From an uncultured bacterium (GTDB lineage: Bacteria; Zixibacteria; MSB-5A5; UBA10806): a stretch of DNA of 64,000 bases. The stretch lies in contig CBEUCH010000004.1 of NCBI GenBank assembly GCA_965541585.1, positions 180,770 through 244,769 on the forward strand. Direction: 5' to 3'. The position numbers and the translations under genes are program-made. Shown here in pieces: positions 29,003 through 37,880 of the stretch. The notes under the pieces are model-generated. The model made no database searches. It had not been told where the DNA came from and saw nothing but the letters and a program-made list of their open reading frames with translations. Each line of letters opens with the position of its first letter. Position 1 is the first letter of the stretch.

Positions 29003-30667
29003 CTAAACCCTCCCCCCATCGTAGCGGAACTCGCGCTTGACGGCGATGGCCACGTTGGAGAGGTGGTCGCCGATCTTTTCGAGGTTCATTATATAATCCA
29101 AAAAGATGATGCCGGTGCCGGGATCGGATCGCCCTTCGTTCATCCGCCTGAGATTGGATTCCCGGGCCTGCATATGAATATCGTTGACTCTCTTTTCAAC
29201 CTCTAAGACTTCCGACGCTTTCTTATAATCAACATCCGGTAGTGATTCGATAATAAGCGAGAGCATTTCGCAGATGGCATCGTACATCTTTTTCAACTCC
29301 GCCTTACCCTCATCGGTGAACTTCACCCTCTCATCGAGTACCCGGTCCGTCAGTTCGCCCAGGTTTTCGGCATGATCGCCGACCTTTTCTATGTCGTTTA
29401 TACTGTGCAGCCAGACCGGAAGCTCATCGGCCACCTCTCGCGCCAACCGTTCCTTGGACAGAGCAACCATGTATCTGGTAATCTCCCCCTGCAAATCATC
29501 GATGGCGTCCTCGATCTTGGGGACCTCGTCAAGTCGCTTGTTGTTCCTGTCGAAAAGGCCGTCCATAGGGATGATCACCGCCTCGCGAGCCATCTCCATC
29601 ATCCGCAGAACCTCCCTGCGGGCCTGAACCAATGCCAACTGGGGCGTCTGCAAAAGCCGGCGGTCGAGATGATGAGGGGTGCCCTCGATCTGTAGTCCCT
29701 TACCTCTGGGAGTGGCGAAAATAACAGCTCTCTCTAAAAGCCCCGTAAACGGCAGCTGAATTAAAGTATTGGTTACGTTGAAAACCGTATGCGCCATTGC
29801 GATGTTGACCATGATGGTCAGCGGCGTAATCTCCCCGGGAACAATAAAATCAATCAGTTTCGGGTACAGGCCCAGCCATACGAAAGGTAGTATGTATATC
29901 ACACCGATGACGTTGAAGGTCGTGTGAGCATTGGCAGTTCGCCGGGCATTGACGCTGGATTTCATGGAGGCCAGTTGAGCTGTAATTGTTGTTCCGATAT
30001 TATCGCCCAGTATCAGCGGGATGGCCGATTGGAAATCTAAAAGACCCTGCAAAGCCATAACCTGTATGATAGCGATAGTCACGGATGAGCTTTGCAACAG
30101 AACGGTGGCAGCTGCCCCTACCAGTACCCCCAGAATCGGGTTTTGGCCGAAATTAACGAATATATCTTTTACCATCTGGCTATCTTTAAGCGGGCCGAAG
30201 CCATCCTTCAACACCGCTAAACCGAGAAAAATCAGGCCTAAACCCAGAAGCGCCCTTCCCCAGTTTCTTATCGACCGACGTTTCGCCAGGAATGTCATTC
30301 CAAAGCCAATTCCGATGGCAGGGTAAGCGTATTGCGATATTTTAAAGACAGCGAAGGCCGACACCAGCCAGGCGGTGAAGGTGGTGCCGATATTGGCGCC
30401 CATAACCACCCCGATAGCCTGTGTCAGAGTCAGAAGACCGGAGTTGACCAGGCCGACAGCCATTACCGTCATAGCCGATGAACTCTGAATCATGGCGGTG
30501 AACCCGGCGCCCACCATTACAGCTATAACTTTATTCTTGGTCAGCATGCCGAGAATTCGTTTCAGTCTCTCGCCGGAAATGCTCTTCAGACCCTCGGACA
30601 TTAGCCTCATTCCATAGAGGAATAGACCCAGCCCGCCTATGGTCCCGAAAATGATTTCTCTGGTCAT
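29003..30667 (-). CDS. Na+/Pi cotransporter (NptA family) with C-terminal PhoU domains
   Basis: Two QSSS repeats, MGANIGTT and GDNIGTT motifs; DIEKVGDH and NLEKIGDH PhoU motifs. Confidence 0.93.
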   Translation of the reverse strand: MTREIIFGTIGGLGLFLYGMRLMSEGLKSISGERLKRILGMLTKNKVIAVMVGAGFTAMIQSSSAMTVMAVGLVNSGLLTLTQAIGVVMGANIGTTFTAWLVSAFAVFKISQYAYPAIGIGFGMTFLAKRRSIRNWGRALLGLGLIFLGLAVLKDGFGPLKDSQMVKDIFVNFGQNPILGVLVGAAATVLLQSSSVTIAIIQVMALQGLLDFQSAIPLILGDNIGTTITAQLASMKSSVNARRTANAHTTFNVIGVIYILPFVWLGLYPKLIDFIVPGEITPLTIMVNIAMAHTVFNVTNTLIQLPFTGLLERAVIFATPRGKGLQIEGTPHHLDRRLLQTPQLALVQARREVLRMMEMAREAVIIPMDGLFDRNNKRLDEVPKIEDAIDDLQGEITRYMVALSKERLAREVADELPVWLHSINDIEKVGDHAENLGELTDRVLDERVKFTDEGKAELKKMYDAICEMLSLIIESLPDVDYKKASEVLEVEKRVNDIHMQARESNLRRMNEGRSDPGTGIIFLDYIMNLEKIGDHLSNVAIAVKREFRYDGGRV

Positions 30668-30921
30668 TTAGATATCTAAGATTTGATTACGGCTGGAATT
30701 TATCACCAATGCATCAAAACCGATACGATTCTAGCCCGGAAGGGCCTGCAATCACCGACATCCATAAATCGCCCCTATTATATGGGTGGATTCAGCAGAT
30801 GTCAACACCTTCGGTCCCCTTCGTACGCGATTTTTGATAATGCCTGATAAGTTATTTTACTGCCACCGTTCACACTTTCTTTTCCGGATCCCTAACCTTC
30901 GTATGCCTTCAGAAAAACCGC

Positions 30922-30950
30922 TTGATAAAAGGGGAGAATAGGGGTATACT
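30922..30950 (+). promoter_or_regulatory. Sigma70-type promoter of ppdK
   Basis: TTGATA-17bp-TATACT; AAGGAG RBS at 30984. Confidence 0.6.
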
Positions 30951-30994
30951 CCTATCCCCTTTAGAAGACGATGATATTCGAATAAGGAGTGGCA

Positions 30995-33898
30995 ATGCCA
31001 GCAAGGAAGGCAAAAACGGCAACAAAGAAAAAGACTACAAAAGGTGCCAAGAAGGCTGCTTTTAGACCAAAGAAGGTCAAAAAGGCGGCCGTAACCAAAA
31101 AGAAAACAACAAAATCCGCAAAAAAACCTGCCAAAAAGGCAGTCATGGCCAAGAAGAAGGTAATCGCCAAGAAAAAAGTTCCATCCCCTAAAAAGAAGAT
31201 CTTAAAGCCGGAGATAGCTCTTCCCGCCGGCAAGCTGATTTACTATTTTGGCGGTGGCAAAGCCGAGGGTGGCAGCCAAATGAAGGCTCTGCTGGGCGGC
31301 AAGGGCGCCGGGTTAGCTGAAATGACCAATAACAGGGTACCTGTTCCCCCCGGTTTTACTATAACTACGGAGACGTGCACTCTTTTCTATCAAAACGGTA
31401 TGCAGCTCCCTCAAAAATTCGAGGAGGAGATGAGCAAGAATATCTCCAGGCTTGAAAAATCGACCGGCAAGGGCTTCGGGAATAAGAAAAATCCTCTCTT
31501 AGTATCAGTGCGATCCGGCGCAAAATTCTCCATGCCGGGAATGATGGACACGATATTGAATCTTGGCCTCAACGACGAGACGCTCGAGGGGTTGATTCGC
31601 AAAACCGAAAACGAGAGATTCTGTTTCGACTCCTACCGTCGCTTTATCCAGATGTTCGGTAGCGTTGTGCTGGGTATAGATAAATCCGAATTCGAGACAA
31701 TACTCGAATTACGAAAAAAGAAACAGCGGGTAAAGCTCGACACGGAACTGGCTGTCAGCGATCTTAAATACATTATAAGGAAATTTAAAGAACTGATCAG
31801 AGAAAAAACAGGCGAGGATCTCCCTCAATCACCTAATGAGCAATTGATCCAGGCCCGCGATGCCGTCTTCAAATCCTGGAACAATCCTCGCGCCATAACT
31901 TACAGGCATTTGAACAACATACCGTCGGATTTGGGCACGGCCGTAAACATCCAGGCCATGGTTTTCGGTAATATGGGAGAAACATCAGCCACCGGCGTCG
32001 GCTTCACCAGAAATCCCTCAACCGGAAAGAAAGAGTTCTACGGTGAGTACCTGGCCAATGCCCAGGGCGAGGATGTTGTAGCAGGAGTAAGAACGCCGCG
32101 GCATATATCACACCTTTCCAAGGAGATGCCTAAAATTTACAAGCAGCTTAAGGATATCACACAGAAATTAGAGAAATATTATAAAGATGTCCAGGATTTC
32201 GAATTCACCATTCAGGAAGGGAAATTATATCTGCTTCAGACACGCACCGGCAAGCGAACTGCCGCCGCTGCCGTTAAGATAGCAGTCGATTTAGTCCGCG
32301 AGGGCCTCATCGACAAAAAGGAGGCCTTGATGCGTGTTGAGCCGGAGCAATTAGAGCAGCTTTTGCATCCTGCTATCGATCCCTCGGCCACAATCAACGT
32401 AATAGCCAAAGGCCTGGCCGCATCTCCGGGAGCCGCCAGCGGCATGGTGGTGTTCTCCGCCAATGATGCCGTTCGCTTCGCCGAGGCCGGTGAGGATGTG
32501 ATTCTAATAAGACAGGAGACCAACCCCGATGATATCCATGGAATGAATGCCGCCAAAGGCATTCTAACATCGCGCGGCGGCATGACGTCTCACGCTGCCG
32601 TAGTGGCCAGGGGAATGGGTAAGTGCTGTATCGCGGGCGCCGAGGATATCAAGGTATATGAGGTGGACAGGAAAATGATTGTCGGTGGCAATGTCGTAAA
32701 GGAGGGAGATGCTATCACGTTGAATGGCAGCACCGGTCAGGTTATACTCGGCCAGGTCCCCACTATCGCGCCCCGGATGACCGGTGAGTTTGGCACGTTC
32801 ATGAAATGGGCCGATGGATTCCGAACCCTGGGGATCCGTACTAACGCCGATACTCCCGCAGACGCCTCACAGGCCGTAGCTTTCGGCGCCGAGGGGATAG
32901 GGCTTTGTCGGACAGAGCATATGTTCTTCGCTCCCGACAGGATAGCCATCATGAAGGAAATGATACTCGCTCCCGACGAGATAGCACGCCGCGAAGCGCT
33001 CGATAAACTCCTGCCGTTCCAGAAAAAAGATTTCAAGGGGATATTCGAAGTCATGGATGGCAGGCCTGTTACTATTCGCACCATCGATCCCCCACTCCAC
33101 GAGTTTCTGCCCGACAGAAACCTGGTCTTAGAAGAGATCGAGGATCTGAAAAAAAAGGGCGCCTGGGAGGATGAGATTAAGCAAAGAGAACAAATTCTCA
33201 CCAGGATCGATGAGCTTAAGGAATTCAACCCGATGCTGGGCCATAGAGGATGCCGTCTTGGTATCACCTATCCCGAGATAACCGAGATGCAGGCCCGGGC
33301 TATTCTCTCCGCCGCCTGCGAGGTGGCCCGCGGCCGCAAGGCCAAAGCGCCGGTAGTCGAGATTATGATACCGCTCGTGGGCACTGTTGATGAATTGAGA
33401 AATCAGAAAGACGTGATAAACAGAGTGGCCGATGAGGTCATGAAAAAATATAAAGTCGAGATTCAATACCTCGTGGGAACCATGATCGAGGTGCCGCGTG
33501 GCGCCGTAACCGCCGACGAGATCGCCAAGGAGGCGGACTTCTTCAGCTTCGGAACGAACGATCTAACCCAAATGGCTTTCGGCTACTCGCGTGATGATGC
33601 CGCAAAGTTCCTGAAGGTCTATCTTGAAAAAGGAATACTGCAGAAGGATCCCTTTGTTACGCTTGACAGGGATGGTGTCGGCCAACTTATATCTCTTGCG
33701 ATCGAGAAAGCGAAGAAGGTCCGCCCGGACTTGAAGATCGGGATCTGCGGAGAGCACGGAGGCGATCCGGAATCTATCAACTTCTTCCACGACGTCGGCA
33801 TGGACTACGTATCGGCCTCGCCCTATCGTGTGCCCATTGCTCGATTGGCGGCAGCGAGGGCCGTTCTCGGTAAGAGTGAATACACGCAAGAGCAATAA
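30995..33898 (+). CDS. ppdK: Pyruvate, phosphate dikinase with a Lys/Ala-rich N-terminal extension
   Basis: LLGGKGAGLAEM, LLVSVRSGA, GGMTSHAAVVARG (catalytic His), GLCRTEHM, SFGTNDLTQ and GICGEHGG motifs. Confidence 0.97.
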   Translation: MPARKAKTATKKKTTKGAKKAAFRPKKVKKAAVTKKKTTKSAKKPAKKAVMAKKKVIAKKKVPSPKKKILKPEIALPAGKLIYYFGGGKAEGGSQMKALLGGKGAGLAEMTNNRVPVPPGFTITTETCTLFYQNGMQLPQKFEEEMSKNISRLEKSTGKGFGNKKNPLLVSVRSGAKFSMPGMMDTILNLGLNDETLEGLIRKTENERFCFDSYRRFIQMFGSVVLGIDKSEFETILELRKKKQRVKLDTELAVSDLKYIIRKFKELIREKTGEDLPQSPNEQLIQARDAVFKSWNNPRAITYRHLNNIPSDLGTAVNIQAMVFGNMGETSATGVGFTRNPSTGKKEFYGEYLANAQGEDVVAGVRTPRHISHLSKEMPKIYKQLKDITQKLEKYYKDVQDFEFTIQEGKLYLLQTRTGKRTAAAAVKIAVDLVREGLIDKKEALMRVEPEQLEQLLHPAIDPSATINVIAKGLAASPGAASGMVVFSANDAVRFAEAGEDVILIRQETNPDDIHGMNAAKGILTSRGGMTSHAAVVARGMGKCCIAGAEDIKVYEVDRKMIVGGNVVKEGDAITLNGSTGQVILGQVPTIAPRMTGEFGTFMKWADGFRTLGIRTNADTPADASQAVAFGAEGIGLCRTEHMFFAPDRIAIMKEMILAPDEIARREALDKLLPFQKKDFKGIFEVMDGRPVTIRTIDPPLHEFLPDRNLVLEEIEDLKKKGAWEDEIKQREQILTRIDELKEFNPMLGHRGCRLGITYPEITEMQARAILSAACEVARGRKAKAPVVEIMIPLVGTVDELRNQKDVINRVADEVMKKYKVEIQYLVGTMIEVPRGAVTADEIAKEADFFSFGTNDLTQMAFGYSRDDAAKFLKVYLEKGILQKDPFVTLDRDGVGQLISLAIEKAKKVRPDLKIGICGEHGGDPESINFFHDVGMDYVSASPYRVPIARLAAARAVLGKSEYTQEQ

Positions 33899-33952
33899 TG
33901 GTGGCTCTGCCCGCCACCAATGACCGTCCTTTCTTATTCGGAGGAAAGGTTT

Positions 33953-34279
33953 ATGAAAAATTCTAAGTTAATACCGATAATAGCCGCCCTGATTATGTTG
34001 TTATCTCCGTATTTCTGCCCGAACGCTTTTGCCCAGAATACAATCGCCGCTGATGTCTTCGAGCCATACCTCAATCGTATCATCTGGGTGACCTGGCATT
34101 CCGGCAGCAAGTCATTCGAAACCGAAGGAACACTAAAAGAAATACTCGGCGATCACAATTGTATCAACTTGATTGTCAGGGCGAAATTCGCCGGTGAGCA
34201 GATCCGGTTTGAAGGCGACAGGATACTTTATATTGACCTTTCGGCAATAGACGCTTTCGAGATTAGAAAGCCAAAATAG
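33953..34279 (+). CDS. Secreted hypothetical protein
   Basis: GGAGG RBS; signal peptide ending NAFA-Q. Confidence 0.65.
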   Translation: MKNSKLIPIIAALIMLLSPYFCPNAFAQNTIAADVFEPYLNRIIWVTWHSGSKSFETEGTLKEILGDHNCINLIVRAKFAGEQIRFEGDRILYIDLSAIDAFEIRKPK

Positions 34280-34483
34280 CAGCCTGGCGATAAATATCCC
34301 GCTCTGAGATCCCTTCCGCAATATTGACATCTCAAAAATAAGGTTGACATTAACACGAGCTTTTGAGTATTTTTACTATTGTATAAAATAAGATGTTTTT
34401 GCGAAGCGAGCATCCTCTGGAAATCTCCGATTACCTGAGGGTAAACACGGCCCATTTTGTAAGTAAAATTAGAGAGGAGTATC

Positions 34484-34963
34484 ATGGGAAAAAACTATGG
34501 CGATTTAGCGAAGCAGGCTGAAAAGGCTGTCAAGGGAATCAAGGATAGAGAGCTTCGAAAAGAGGCTTTCCGGATTCTCTTATTACAACTAATGGCCGGA
34601 GGCGGTGCTGCAGCCTCTACCGGCGCCCGGAAAAGAAGGACCACTAAGAAAAGGCGCCGTCCGGGACGTCCGCCGAAAAAGAAGAAGGCCATAAGGAAGG
34701 TCACCAGGAAAAAAGCCGTCAAGCGTCCGGGACGCCGCGGCGGGGGCGTGGTAACAACCGCCCTAAACAAATTGCTCGCCGGTGGATATTTCAGGGCCGC
34801 CCGCGATGCCGCCACCATCTTCAAAGAGCTCTCCAGACGACGTGTCAGGATCGAACCCTCTCAACTGCGTATGGAGTTGTTGCGCTTCACCCGCGCCCGC
34901 AAGCTCAGACGCAAAATAAAAATGAAAGGCCGCAAGGTAACATACCTTTACAGCAAGCGGTAA
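34484..34963 (+). CDS. Highly basic hypothetical protein, probable DNA-binding (AT-hook-like linker, putative C-terminal winged helix)
   Basis: GAGGAG RBS; RRPGRPPKK and KRPGRR motifs in an Arg/Lys-rich linker between two helical regions. Confidence 0.7.
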   Translation: MGKNYGDLAKQAEKAVKGIKDRELRKEAFRILLLQLMAGGGAAASTGARKRRTTKKRRRPGRPPKKKKAIRKVTRKKAVKRPGRRGGGVVTTALNKLLAGGYFRAARDAATIFKELSRRRVRIEPSQLRMELLRFTRARKLRRKIKMKGRKVTYLYSKR

Positions 34964-34972
34964 CTAGAACCT

Positions 34973-35017
34973 GCAGGGGCGAATCTCTATTCTCATTCGG
35001 ATATCCGATTCGCCCCT
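34973..35017. repeat. REP-like palindrome / possible bidirectional terminator
   Basis: AGGGGCGAATC...GATTCGCCCCT arms, related to the REP at 11463. Confidence 0.55.
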
Positions 35018-35048
35018 TTTATATTCACCGATCTCAATCGAAGGTATA

Positions 35049-35468
35049 TTATTCGTTATCCACTTTTAGAAACTCTCTGATTTTCTTCTCAACCTGTCCG
35101 TATATCTTTTCGAAATAGGCCCGCTTCTCTTCTTCGAGACCCTCGAATGCTGCCGGGTCTTCGAAACTCCAGTGCAATACTTTGGTTTTTTTCGGCCAAA
35201 CGGGGCAGGCCTCTTTTGCGTCGTCGCAGACGGTGACTACTATATCGAAATCCTCATGGAGGATCTCATCGAGCACTTTGGAGCGCAGGCCGATTGTATC
35301 ATGGCCATGCTCCTTCAACGTTTGAAGCGTCAGCGGCTTGACAATCCCGGTCGGTACGGCCCCGGCGGAGAACGCCTGGTATTCACCTTTCCCGAGATGG
35401 TTCATCAATACCTCGGCCATAATCGACCGGGCGGAATTCCCGGTGCAGATAAACAGTATTCTCTTCAT
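35049..35468 (-). CDS. arsC: Arsenate reductase (thioredoxin-coupled, LMW-PTP fold)
   Basis: FICTGNSARS, VTVCDDAKEACP and HWSFEDP motifs. Confidence 0.85.
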   Translation of the reverse strand: MKRILFICTGNSARSIMAEVLMNHLGKGEYQAFSAGAVPTGIVKPLTLQTLKEHGHDTIGLRSKVLDEILHEDFDIVVTVCDDAKEACPVWPKKTKVLHWSFEDPAAFEGLEEEKRAYFEKIYGQVEKKIREFLKVDNE

Positions 35469-35575
35469 CGCCGGAGGAATATAGGAAATGTTACCATTTT
35501 ATTCCAGATGAAATCAGGGTTTTATACGAAACCGGGACGTCTTCACGAACGGGGCTGGAGTGGATTTGGTCGAAC

Positions 35576-37462
35576 CTATCTTAGATACAACATCTTCTTC
35601 GTAACCGAGGCACCATCGACGCTGAGTCGATATATGTATATCCCGCTTTTTACCGGTTCGGGTGCGCCGGATTGTATCGGCCATGCAAACCTGTGCGTTC
35701 CCGTGGAAAGATTGCCCGAATGCACTCTACTGACCAACCGGCCCAGCATATCATAGACTGTTATATCGACTGCCGATTCGCCTGCCAGGTTGAAGCTTAT
35801 AAAGGTGCGCCCGTTGAACGGATTCGGATAGTTTATCAGCCTCAACTCCGTAGCCAGTGAAATCTCGACATCGGCAGTCCAGGTGGAACTGCGGATAAAC
35901 CCGTATACGCGCGCTTCACCCGGCGTCTCATCACCCAGCATCTCAGGGACGTCCCACTGGTTACCACCGTTGAGTAATATCACCTGGCTTCCGACCACGC
36001 CGCCCATGCCTATTGTGACCGTGAGAGTGTTCCGGTAATTATCACGATCCATCCCGGCGTCCATATCCTTGATGGTAACTTCAACGTCGGATGGATCATC
36101 GTTATTTATGGCCAGGAAAACCATAAGCTTATCATACTTATACCTGTGGGATGTTCTTCCATCGGGGGCCGGATCGCCCGGCTTGAAATCACCAAATGAT
36201 ATCTCAAAACTGTAAAGCTCTCCAAGATCGGAATCGAGCCTGAAGAATATGCTGTCATCGGCTGTTAGCTCCGGCGCCCCGGTCACATCGATATCCGTAA
36301 ATATCCTCTCGATCGGCCGGTTGTTGTAGAAATATATGAACATCCTGTCGACATCGATATCCAGAGTATCCTCAGGCGGTTCCTGCGAACCGAGCCAGAG
36401 GGAGGCGATACCTCCACCGTATGCCGAGACCCAGACCGAGCCGATAGAATCGAAGGATATATCCGAGTAGTAATCGCCCCAGATAAAATCACCGTCGGGA
36501 GGAATATAGCTGCGCCAGAGGCTGTCGGTCTGCAGGACCCATACGCCGTATCCCGTTCCCAGCCACAGCTCTCCATCGCCCGGGCGAACCTCGATAGTCG
36601 ATACATAGCCATTGGCCATGGGCGAGTTGGATGAATTATACACCATCCAGAGGTCACCGCTCTTAATAGCCACTCCCAACCCCATTGTTCCGAAGTAGAC
36701 GTCCCCGTTGTCAGGATTCACGTCCACCGAGAGGAGCTGATTCATTGGCAGGCCACTGTTGGCCATATTATAGGTAGTCCATTCCGTACCATCATAACTT
36801 GCCGCTCCGCCGTCGGCCGTCGCCATCCACAGGGTCACGGCATTACGATCCATATCTATCTCTCTGATATAATCGCTGGGGATATATGTACCGGGGGTAA
36901 TATCAAAAACCCGCTGCTGGTTGTCAGCGTAGCTGAACTCGGTTCGGGAGGCATAGCGGTATCTTATCCAGCCTTCATCGTCGTATATTGTCAATCCCCC
37001 GCCATAGGTCGAAACGTATCTGACACCGGCGTGAATGACTATGTCGCTCACTATCTGATTGGCTTCCAGACCGTCGTTTTGCATAGTCCATGAGGAATCC
37101 GCTACATCAAGATGCGCAAGTCCGATACCGTAATTCAGATTACCGGAGGCTGCACCCACCCAGAGATTTCCGAGCGGATCTCTCTCTACATGACGAGTCG
37201 CATTTATAGGCACTCCCGTTTCCGATTCATCCCAGACGGTCCATACTAAATCCTGCTTCAGGACAAGCCCGCCCCCTGTAGTGCCGATGTACTGGTTGCC
37301 GGCATCGTCGAAATCGATAGAAGCCACCCAATCTGTTGGCAGTGGCGAATTCATCACGCTGTAAACCGTCCAGGTGGAGTCGGCGAGGGCATTTTGAATT
37401 GGCAAAACCCAAACACCAAGGATGACAAATACATTCGCTATTTTAGTTATTCGACTGGCCAT
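35576..37462 (-). CDS. Secreted beta-propeller (two-component regulator propeller-like repeats) protein with C-terminal sorting domain
   Basis: Signal peptide; repeated W..YN..NS.LP...D..G..W.GT..GG units; NYPNPFN...SGIYIYRL C-terminal domain. Confidence 0.85.
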   Translation of the reverse strand: MASRITKIANVFVILGVWVLPIQNALADSTWTVYSVMNSPLPTDWVASIDFDDAGNQYIGTTGGGLVLKQDLVWTVWDESETGVPINATRHVERDPLGNLWVGAASGNLNYGIGLAHLDVADSSWTMQNDGLEANQIVSDIVIHAGVRYVSTYGGGLTIYDDEGWIRYRYASRTEFSYADNQQRVFDITPGTYIPSDYIREIDMDRNAVTLWMATADGGAASYDGTEWTTYNMANSGLPMNQLLSVDVNPDNGDVYFGTMGLGVAIKSGDLWMVYNSSNSPMANGYVSTIEVRPGDGELWLGTGYGVWVLQTDSLWRSYIPPDGDFIWGDYYSDISFDSIGSVWVSAYGGGIASLWLGSQEPPEDTLDIDVDRMFIYFYNNRPIERIFTDIDVTGAPELTADDSIFFRLDSDLGELYSFEISFGDFKPGDPAPDGRTSHRYKYDKLMVFLAINNDDPSDVEVTIKDMDAGMDRDNYRNTLTVTIGMGGVVGSQVILLNGGNQWDVPEMLGDETPGEARVYGFIRSSTWTADVEISLATELRLINYPNPFNGRTFISFNLAGESAVDITVYDMLGRLVSRVHSGNLSTGTHRFAWPIQSGAPEPVKSGIYIYRLSVDGASVTKKMLYLR

Positions 37463-37490
37463 ACTTTTGTCCTATCAAACGAGAAAACGA

Positions 37491-37506
37491 TGCAAAAACG
37501 TTGCCG
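37491..37506 (-). promoter_or_regulatory. Putative sigma54 (-24/-12) promoter
   Basis: Minus strand CGGCAACGTTTTTGCA = GG-N10-GC, about 30 bp upstream of ATG 37462. Confidence 0.55.
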
Positions 37507-37880
37507 CCTGAAACAGGTTTTTTTATCGTTGAGCGGGCCCTTTATGGAAATTGTAATCTGCTTCACTTCAATATGTTACCCGCACAACCCCGACTCGCTC
37601 TCGAGATAAGATTGTTTCTGCTTGATTATGAGTAACATCTGGTTGAAATGTTGCACAGCATTTTATCATGCTGTTCAACAGCTGAACAGAGGATAAACAC
37701 CGGCTGAAAGTTCTGGCCGTTGTCCATGAGGTGGCTTGCCTCTCATGACGACAGGATCCACAATAAAAATATATGGCGAAGTCGGGGCAAGCTCTAAATC
37801 ATATGACAGCTGTGTCGATTACTCAACTGGCGGCTTATTAGAGTTTCATTTTGAGACCTGGGAAGAGCTACTGACAGATT

